NCBI GenBank assembly: GCA_964552565.1
Contig: CAZKGL010000001.1
Span: forward strand, 25,875-89,874
Origin: an uncultured Gammaproteobacteria bacterium
GTDB lineage: Bacteria; Patescibacteriota; Patescibacteriia; UBA9934
Reading direction: 5' to 3'
DNA: 64,000 nucleotides
This document shows, in pieces, positions 54,679 to 64,000 of the stretch. The notes beneath the pieces were generated by a model. That model saw only the letters and a program-made list of their open reading frames with translations. It was not told where the DNA came from and did no database searches. Made by a program: the position numbers and the translations under genes. Every line of letters begins with the position of its first letter. Within the stretch, counting starts at the first letter, position 1.

Positions 54679-55977
54679 ATGCAGAAAATGCTTATTACCG
54701 GTGGGAAGCCCTTGAACGGGACGGTGCAGATTTCCGGCGCGAAGAACGCGGCGTCGAAGATGATCATTGCGTGTTTGCTGACGGCGAAAGAGGTCGTGCT
54801 CGAGAACGTCCCGTTGCAGGCGGAGACGGACATCGCGCGCGAACTGGTGACGATGCTTGGCGCGGAGGTCGCGGTGAACGACCATACGATGACCGTCCGC
54901 GTCCCCAACATCGCCGGGACGTCGGCCATGGAACTGTCGCGCAAGAACCGCTTGGCGGTGTTGGCGCTCGCCCCGCTCCTGCACCGCGCGGGGGAGGCGT
55001 ACGTTCCGCTCCTCGGCGGCGACAAGATCGGTCCGCGGCCAGTGAACTTTCATGTGGATGCGCTCGAAAAGATGGGCGCGACAATCGCGCAGGACGAGAA
55101 GGGCTACCGCGCACGCGTCGACGGCCGCCTGAAGGGCGCGGTGCTGGAGTTGCCGTACCCGTCGGTCGGCGCGACCGAGACCGCGCTCCTCGCCGGCGTG
55201 CTGGCCGAAGGCCGCACGGTCATCCGCAACGCCGCTATCGAACCGGAGATCGTCGACCTCATCATGATGCTCCAGAAAATGGGCGCGATCATCGAGATGG
55301 GCGCCGGCCGCCACATCGAGATTGTCGGCGTTGAGAAACTCGACGGCTGCTTCCACCGTATCCTCCCGGACCGCATGGAGGCGGCGAGCTATGCCTGTAT
55401 GGCGCTCGCAACCCGCGGCGAGATTTTCGTGAAGGGCGCGAAGCACCGCGACATGGTGACGTTTCTGAATGCCGTGCGCCGCATCGGCGGGGAATACGAG
55501 GTGCGCACGGACGGTATTCTGTTCCGCGGCAGCCAGGCGTACCAAGGCCTCAAGCTCGAAACGGACACGCATCCGGGATTCATGACCGACTGGCAGCAGC
55601 CGTTCCTCGTCGTCCTCACGCAGGCGGAGGGCACGTCGGTCATGCACGAGACCGTCATGCAGGAACGCTTCGGGTACACGAAAACGCTCGTGGACATGGG
55701 CGCCGACATCACGCTTTTCGAAAATTGCTTGGGTGAGATCCCGTGCCGCTTCAAAGACCAGAACTACAAGCACGCCGCGGTCATCAACGGCCCGACGACG
55801 CTCCACGCGACCGAGATGACCGTGCCGGACATCCGCGCGGGCCTCGCGTACGTCATTGCCGCGCTTGTCGCGGAGGGCACGTCGGTCTTGAGCGGCATCG
55901 AGCACCTCGAGCGCGGCTACGAAGACCTCTTCGGGAAGCTGACATCGATCGGCGCGGATGTGCGCATGCAAGGCTAA
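54679..55977 (+). CDS. murA: UDP-N-acetylglucosamine 1-carboxyvinyltransferase
   Basis: MurA two-domain pattern incl. LGGDKIGPRP and active Cys region. Confidence 0.95.
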   Translation: MQKMLITGGKPLNGTVQISGAKNAASKMIIACLLTAKEVVLENVPLQAETDIARELVTMLGAEVAVNDHTMTVRVPNIAGTSAMELSRKNRLAVLALAPLLHRAGEAYVPLLGGDKIGPRPVNFHVDALEKMGATIAQDEKGYRARVDGRLKGAVLELPYPSVGATETALLAGVLAEGRTVIRNAAIEPEIVDLIMMLQKMGAIIEMGAGRHIEIVGVEKLDGCFHRILPDRMEAASYACMALATRGEIFVKGAKHRDMVTFLNAVRRIGGEYEVRTDGILFRGSQAYQGLKLETDTHPGFMTDWQQPFLVVLTQAEGTSVMHETVMQERFGYTKTLVDMGADITLFENCLGEIPCRFKDQNYKHAAVINGPTTLHATEMTVPDIRAGLAYVIAALVAEGTSVLSGIEHLERGYEDLFGKLTSIGADVRMQG

Positions 55978-55979
55978 CT

Positions 55980-56654
55980 ATGTTCCTCTCGCTCCTCACA
56001 TCGAGCCCGGCGCTCGCGGTCGTGTGGCTGCTTGCCATCGTCATCTCGTTGACGGTGCATGAGTTCGCGCACGCGCTCGCCGGCCGGTCGCTTGGCGACC
56101 CGACCGCGGAGCGGGAGGGGCGGCTGACGTTGAACCCGGCAAAACACATCGACCCGCTCGGCTTCTTGCTCTTGCTCCTCGTCGGGTTCGGCTGGGCGAA
56201 GCCCGTTCCGTTCAACCCGTACGCGCTCAAGAACCCGGTGCGCGACTCGGTCGTCATTGCGCTCGCCGGCCCGGTTGCGAACCTCATACTTGCGGGACTT
56301 GCGGCTATCGTGTTTCGCGCCGCGGTCATGTCCGGCGCCGTCTCCGCGACGAGCCTCCTGTCGCCGTTCCTCGTCCTTCTCATGTTCGTGAACAGCGCGC
56401 TTGCGCTCTTCAACCTCATTCCCATCCCGCCCCTGGACGGCTCGCGGCTTCTCGAGGCGCTCTTTGCCTCGCTGCGCTGGCGCCGCGCCGCGGAGATGGT
56501 GGCGAACTTCGGGCCGCGCATCCTGTTCCTCCTCGTCCTTCTCTCGATGTTCGGCGGCGTGAATATCTTCGGCTTCGTTGGGGAGGCGGGGTTCGGCCTC
56601 TGCAGCGAGCTCGCCGGCCAGTCGTGCCTCGGGCTGTTGACGATTTTGTTTTAG
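55980..56654 (+). CDS. site-2 protease family zinc metalloprotease (peptidase M50)
   Basis: HEFAHA (HExxH) and LIPIPPLDG motifs in TM helices. Confidence 0.8.
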   Translation: MFLSLLTSSPALAVVWLLAIVISLTVHEFAHALAGRSLGDPTAEREGRLTLNPAKHIDPLGFLLLLLVGFGWAKPVPFNPYALKNPVRDSVVIALAGPVANLILAGLAAIVFRAAVMSGAVSATSLLSPFLVLLMFVNSALALFNLIPIPPLDGSRLLEALFASLRWRRAAEMVANFGPRILFLLVLLSMFGGVNIFGFVGEAGFGLCSELAGQSCLGLLTILF

Positions 56655-56695
56655 CTCAGCAGTTTTCTCACCATTGGAGGGGCGAGACGAGAGGA

Positions 56696-56724
56696 TTGAC
56701 CTCTTTTTTCGCTTATGATAGGCT
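56696..56724 (+). promoter_or_regulatory. promoter TTGACC-17-TAGGCT, -10 ends 10 nt before rpsL ATG
   Basis: canonical hexamers. Confidence 0.55.
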
Positions 56725-56734
56725 CTCGCCACTT

Positions 56735-57163
56735 ATGCCCACCATTAACCAGCTTATCCGCAAGGGTCGCAAGACTTCGAAGGTGAAGTCGAAGTCGCCG
56801 GCGTTGCAGTACACGCTCGACTCGTTGCACCGCAAGCGCACGACGCTTGCGAAGGGCGCCCCGTTCAAGCGCGGCGTCTGCGTCAAGGTAACCACCATGA
56901 CGCCGAAGAAGCCGAACTCGGCGCTCCGCAAGATCGCCCGTGTCCGTCTGAGCAACGGTACGGAAGTCACCGCCTACATCCCGGGCGAGGGCCACAACCT
57001 CCAGGAACACTCGATCGTCATGATCCGCGGTGGCCGCGTGAAGGACCTTCCGGGTGTCCGCTATCACATCGTCCGCGGCCGCTATGACGCCACCGGTGTC
57101 GAAGGTCGCAACCGCGGTCGCTCGAACTACGGCGCGAAGCGTCCGAAGGCGAAAAAGAAGTAA
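56735..57163 (+). CDS. rpsL: 30S ribosomal protein S12 (with ~16-aa insertion after the N-terminal basic segment)
   Basis: [12 protein letters not shown]...[10 protein letters not shown] signature. Confidence 0.95.
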   Translation: MPTINQLIRKGRKTSKVKSKSPALQYTLDSLHRKRTTLAKGAPFKRGVCVKVTTMTPKKPNSALRKIARVRLSNGTEVTAYIPGEGHNLQEHSIVMIRGGRVKDLPGVRYHIVRGRYDATGVEGRNRGRSNYGAKRPKAKKK

Positions 57164-57164
57164 G

Positions 57165-57290
57165 GAGGAATAACGCCGTCGCTTCCTCGCTCGTCCTCCG
57201 TACCGAAATTGCCGCTGCGGTCGCCGACGTTACGGCTCCGGCAATTCCGGGTCGGACTCGCATCGTCAGCCACAGCGTTATTCCTTAAGG
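57165..57290 (+). promoter_or_regulatory. structured rpsL-rpsG intercistronic region (nested inverted repeats), candidate S7 autoregulatory site
   Basis: AGGAATAACGC ... GCGTTATTCCT 11-bp long-range stem enclosing GAAATTGCCG/CGGCAATTCC inner stem. Confidence 0.4.
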
Positions 57291-57366
57291 GGGAACCATT
57301 ACAAAATTATTCATCCGTTGACCGCAGTACCGCGCCACGCGGGAAGATGCGGCAACGAATCATCCT

Positions 57367-57834
<468 letters not shown>

Positions 57835-57855
57835 TTTTCCTCGTCGCAATTTTGT

Positions 57856-59943
<2,088 letters not shown>

Positions 59944-59986
59944 GCGCGGCGCAAGAGGCGGGGTCCCCGCACCCCGTCGCAAGGAA

Positions 59987-60018
59987 AGCGAGCTCGACAC
60001 GGGCTCGTTTTTCTGTTG
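59987..60018 (+). terminator. terminator after fusA (CGAGCTCG-ACAC-GGGCTCG + TTTTTCTGTTG)
   Basis: hairpin + T-tract; preceded by GC hairpin AGGCGGGGTCCCCGCACCCCG. Confidence 0.6.
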
Positions 60019-60044
60019 ACGTTTTCTTTTGGGCGGGGCAGAAT
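60016..60044 (+). promoter_or_regulatory. promoter TTGACG-17-CAGAAT
   Basis: followed by AGGAGG SD and ATG at 60064. Confidence 0.55.
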
Positions 60045-60063
60045 CTTCCGTCAGGAGGAAGCC

Positions 60064-60480
60064 ATGCACGTCGTCGCCATCGTCTTCCCGGTCGAGTTTC
60101 CGAGCGCCCTGGAGCGGATGCGGCGCGCGGTCGAGGAGGTGCGCGCCCAGTACGTGGAGATCGGCATGCGCCCCATCCCTCTGCGCCGCGCCTCGTTTGA
60201 GTCCGGCAGCATCGCCGAGGATACATGCGACGCCGTGGTGCGCATCGAGCGCTTCGCCCGCTTCTACGACATCATCGTCGTCACCGGCTTCGAGACGGAG
60301 GAGTTCTGGCGGCAGGTCTCGCTCGAGCTCGCGTGCGACCTGTCGCTCCATGCGAACAAAAAGATGCGTGTGGTGTCGCAGGCGCGAGAGGATGCGTGGA
60401 AGGCGCTCGGCCGTCCCATCCAGATCTGGAGCCCCCACCGCCTCGTGCAGCATCTCCAGCTGCACGTGAGGTTCAACTAG
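60064..60480 (+). CDS. small alpha/beta hypothetical protein A (138 aa)
   Basis: AGGAGG SD; N-terminal hydrophobic beta-strand MHVVAIVFP. Confidence 0.5.
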   Translation: MHVVAIVFPVEFPSALERMRRAVEEVRAQYVEIGMRPIPLRRASFESGSIAEDTCDAVVRIERFARFYDIIVVTGFETEEFWRQVSLELACDLSLHANKKMRVVSQAREDAWKALGRPIQIWSPHRLVQHLQLHVRFN

Positions 60481-60525
60481 CCGCTGTTTGTCCGGCAGAA
60501 ACGCTGTCGGTTTCGAAGGGCGGCC

Positions 60526-60570
60526 TGCCCCGTAGCGTCCGAGAGACGCGCTACGGGGCGTTTCGTTTAT
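60526..60570 (+). terminator. terminator CCCCGTAGCG-loop-CGCTACGGGG + CGTTTCGTTTATG
   Basis: 10-bp stem. Confidence 0.6.
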
Positions 60571-60630
60571 GCACATTGACCGTCGCCCGTGCATGCGCGA
60601 CGATAGCCGTGTCACAGGAGACGCCAGGGA

Positions 60631-60993
60631 ATGCAGGTGCTCATTCTTTACACGCACGAAATGTCCGATGAGACGACGCTGCCGCTCCTGCAGCGCGCAG
60701 GGCAGCACCCGCTCGACCGTGTCCGCATCCTGTTGCGGTGCGTGACGCCGTCCGGGATCCGCATGATCGAGTCGGAGGGCATCACCGCGATCGTCGTGTG
60801 CGACACACGCCACGAGGGCGAACACGCCATGCTCGTCGGCAAGGCGCATGCCCTCGCCGCGCAGCTGCGGGTGCCGCTCCACGTCGTGCCGTTCGGCAAG
60901 GAGCTGTCGCGCGACTGGGTGAGGACGGCGCGTCCGGTGCCGAGCGTGCTCGCGTACCTGCAGAGCCTGGTCAGCACCTCGGCGGAGCTGTAG
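60631..60993 (+). CDS. small alpha/beta hypothetical protein B (120 aa), paralogue-like
   Basis: MQVLILYTHE start, pattern similar to neighbours. Confidence 0.5.
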   Translation: MQVLILYTHEMSDETTLPLLQRAGQHPLDRVRILLRCVTPSGIRMIESEGITAIVVCDTRHEGEHAMLVGKAHALAAQLRVPLHVVPFGKELSRDWVRTARPVPSVLAYLQSLVSTSAEL

Positions 60994-61018
60994 CATGGCG
61001 GAGCCGCCAGGAGCCGCC

Positions 61019-61387
61019 ATGCGCGTCGCGTTCGTGTACACGGAAGGGAGCCGGGAGGTCATGTTCTGCACACAGGAGGAAGTCACCGAGGTATTCGGTG
61101 GCCGCGTGACCGTCATGACGATGCGTATCCCGCAAGGGGCAAGCATCCCGCAGCTTACGAAATTCGAGCCCAGGGCAGTCCTCTTGTTCGATGCGGAGGA
61201 CGACGTCACGCGTCGCACGGTGCTCGCGGAGTTTGCCGCCGCGCTTATCTCGAAGTTCGCCGCTCGCGTTTCCGTCATCCACGCGGGATCGGAGAACCGG
61301 TGGATCGAGGCGAACATCGGACATCGCTTCGTGCACCGCGACAACGTCGTCGACCATCTGCGCCACGTGCTGCGATTCCCGCCGTAG
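61019..61387 (+). CDS. small alpha/beta hypothetical protein C (122 aa), paralogue-like
   Basis: CAGGAG SD; MRVAFVYTEG start. Confidence 0.5.
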   Translation: MRVAFVYTEGSREVMFCTQEEVTEVFGGRVTVMTMRIPQGASIPQLTKFEPRAVLLFDAEDDVTRRTVLAEFAAALISKFAARVSVIHAGSENRWIEANIGHRFVHRDNVVDHLRHVLRFPP

Positions 61388-61446
61388 TCCCGCCGATCCA
61401 TCCGGAAGCCCTCCGGCCGTCGATCGGCGGGCTTCTCTTTTTTTGC
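61387..61446 (+). terminator. strong terminator CCCGCCGATC-loop-GATCGGCGGG + CTTCTCTTTTTTTGCG
   Basis: 10-bp stem + T7. Confidence 0.75.
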
Positions 61447-61529
61447 GTATCGAAAAATCATCCGGCCGGCATATTTTTCGTTACAGAAGTTCGAGTAACA
61501 AAAAATTCACGATCGTGAAAAAAGTGAAA

Positions 61530-61576
61530 CGCAGAAAACGCATGAGCCCCGCACGAGGCGAGGCTCGATGCGGGGC
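61530..61576 (-). terminator. terminator for minus-strand gene D (GCCCCGCAC-loop-GCGGGGC)
   Basis: hairpin with T-tract on minus strand. Confidence 0.55.
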
Positions 61577-61588
61577 GTGGGGACTCGG

Positions 61589-61963
61589 CTACGCGGGCGC
61601 GTCGCGGTGCCACGACGTGAACCCGGCGGTCGGACGGTCGGGCAGGAACACCTCGATCATCGCGCACGTGGGCAGGTGGACCTGCGCGAAGTCGAGGCAT
61701 GCGTCGAGGATGCAGGCGTTCATCTCGCCGACGACCTTCTTGGTCCGCTTCCGCATCCGGAAGAGCCCGACGACGTGCACCACGAGTTCCTCGCCGAGAC
61801 CGAGGAGGCACTGGTCAGCCGGGATGCTGACCGTCACCTGGCGCTCGGTGAGCTCCAGAGCGGGCACGCCGGCGACGCCCGTGCGGATGGCGTCGATGAG
61901 CTTCGCGAGCTCGTCCTGCCGGTGGAGCATCGGGGGCATGCCGTAGACGACGATGTGGGGCAC
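61589..61963 (-). CDS. small alpha/beta hypothetical protein D (124 aa, GTG start after CAGGAG SD), convergent fourth family member
   Basis: N-terminus VPHIVVYG resembles A-C; ATG at 61939 is alternative start. Confidence 0.4.
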   Translation of the reverse strand: MPHIVVYGMPPMLHRQDELAKLIDAIRTGVAGVPALELTERQVTVSIPADQCLLGLGEELVVHVVGLFRMRKRTKKVVGEMNACILDACLDFAQVHLPTCAMIEVFLPDRPTAGFTSWHRDAPA

Positions 61964-62023
61964 GGGAACTCCTGGGTTGCCCGGATAGGCTAGCAGCGGG
62001 CGGGGCAATACACAAGCGGCTTT

Positions 62024-62049
62024 TTGACTTTCCGCGCAAGAGTTATAAG
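62024..62049 (+). promoter_or_regulatory. promoter-like TTGACT-14-TATAAG, -10 ends 10 nt before ATG (leaderless)
   Basis: short spacer makes this tentative. Confidence 0.35.
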
Positions 62050-62059
62050 ATGCCGCCGT

Positions 62060-62407
62060 ATGCCAAACGACCAATTCGCAAGGCTTTTGCGCTTTGCCAA
62101 GCGTACCGGCGACCGGCTCATCGTCACCGACGAGAAAGGTGGGGACCCCATGGTCATCATGCCGCTCTCCCAGTACGAGTCCCTCATTAGCGGGCTGCTT
62201 GGCCCGGACGAGGAATACGGCGAGGTCCCGGTCCATTCGGACGAGGAGGAGATCGCCGAGGTCGAGATCGACCCGGAATTCCTCAACCCGCCGCTTGAGG
62301 TGGTCGAGGACCGTGCCAAACCGGCCTTGTCCGCTCCGGGTGAGAAGCCGCGTGAGATACCCAAAAACGCGGGGGGTGAGGAGCAGTTCTACCTGGAACC
62401 GCTCTGA
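62060..62407 (+). CDS. Phd/YefM-like antitoxin-fold protein with acidic C-terminal tail (orphan)
   Basis: LIVTDEKGGDPMVIMPLSQYESL resembles YefM/Phd N-terminal fold. Confidence 0.4.
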   Translation: MPNDQFARLLRFAKRTGDRLIVTDEKGGDPMVIMPLSQYESLISGLLGPDEEYGEVPVHSDEEEIAEVEIDPEFLNPPLEVVEDRAKPALSAPGEKPREIPKNAGGEEQFYLEPL

Positions 62408-62456
62408 GGCTAATATCAGCGCAAAAAGCCCTGTTTCGTCCTACACAGTCCACCTC

Positions 62457-62485
62457 TTGCAAGAATAAAGGGCTTTTGCTATACT
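62457..62485 (+). promoter_or_regulatory. promoter TTGCAA-17-TATACT for tuf
   Basis: canonical hexamers; ~70-nt leader. Confidence 0.65.
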
Positions 62486-62557
62486 CCCGGCACCTATCTT
62501 TTAAGAAAACCTTTAATCCGTCACATTCCGCGCGCCCTTCGGCCGCAACAAGTACGT

Positions 62558-63748
<1,191 letters not shown>

Positions 63749-63757
63749 TAACGAGAT

Positions 63758-63800
63758 GAGGGAGAAGTTCCCAATTGCGAACTTCTCCCTCGCCTCATAT
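63758..63800 (+). terminator. terminator after tuf (12-bp stem GAGGGAGAAGTT/AACTTCTCCCTC)
   Basis: perfect inverted repeat. Confidence 0.65.
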
Positions 63801-63822
63801 CTATCGTCCTTTGCAACGCACT

Positions 63823-64000
63823 ATGTCGGACACGAATAAGAAAACTGGGGAAGGCGAGGCGGCAAGCCAGCGCATCCGCATCCGCATCCGCGCGTACGAC
63901 CACAAGATCATCGACAGCGCGACGGAGACCATCATCAAGACCGCGGAACGCAGCGGCGCGTCGGTCATCGGCCCGGTGCCGCTCCCGACGGAGCGCCGCC
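63823..64000 (+). CDS. rpsJ: 30S ribosomal protein S10 (5' part, runs off window end)
   Basis: [18 protein letters not shown] matches S10 N-terminus; no stop within window. Confidence 0.85.
   Translation, partial: MSDTNKKTGEGEAASQRIRIRIRAYDHKIIDSATETIIKTAERSGASVIGPVPLPTERR

Overview
This is a 64 kb, high-GC (roughly 62-66 %) bacterial chromosomal window, read by eye from the sequence and the six-frame ORF track; no searches were run. It is densely packed, mostly with core housekeeping genes. The anchor CDSs whose signature motifs were read directly include:
- Ribosomal proteins S1, L32, S12, S7 and the start of S10.
- Translation factors EF-G, EF-Tu and IF2.
- tRNA-maturation enzymes TsaD, TsaE and TruB.
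- Aminoacyl-tRNA synthetases for proline and leucine.
- Cell-envelope and DNA-uptake proteins MurA, an M50 site-2 protease, a PilB/GspE ATPase and a split ComEC.
- Other housekeeping enzymes GyrA, FtsH, RNase III, RNase Y, NusB, Ndk, SodA, GdhA, TrxA, TrxB and RarA; the full list is in features.
- The regulatory or accessory proteins Zur with ZnuABC, a GGDEF diguanylate cyclase and HU.

I found three canonical tRNAs (Glu-TTC, Lys-CTT, Arg-TCG) and two tRNA-like elements whose D and anticodon arms I could not fold by hand. No rRNA, CRISPR array, transposase or integrase gene was recognised.

Promoters are classic sigma70 (TTGACA, 16-17 nt, TAnnnT). A striking share of genes have the -10 box only 7-10 nt upstream of the ATG and no Shine-Dalgarno, which predicts leaderless mRNAs. 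That trait, with RNase Y, C-tailed HU, PilB and ComEC, fits a reduced-genome or Deinococcus-Thermus/CPR-like lineage; this is inference only.

Many long ORFs in the track are antisense artefacts of the GC richness; examples are 17651..21463 and 57307..61461 on the minus strand.

I see no obvious large novel mobile or defence island. The most interesting local observations are:
- comEC split exactly at an A6 homopolymer, where a +1 insertion would fuse channel and nuclease domains.
- A tandem cluster of 3+1 small paralogous alpha/beta proteins inserted between fusA and tuf.
- Two tandem acidic lipoproteins on a very high-GC segment.
- A Zur operator with two 14-bp direct repeats, shared with a divergent leaderless YibE/F gene.
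- A murA leader carrying TTCGTGA repeats and a terminator-like hairpin.
- Degenerate tRNA-like elements with permuted or inverted repeats.
- A 21-nt duplicated tRNA-Glu 3' end.
- A roughly 460-nt GC-rich noncoding gap that shares a repeat family with a tandem 17-mer array elsewhere.

Coordinates of non-CDS features are approximate (within a few nt).
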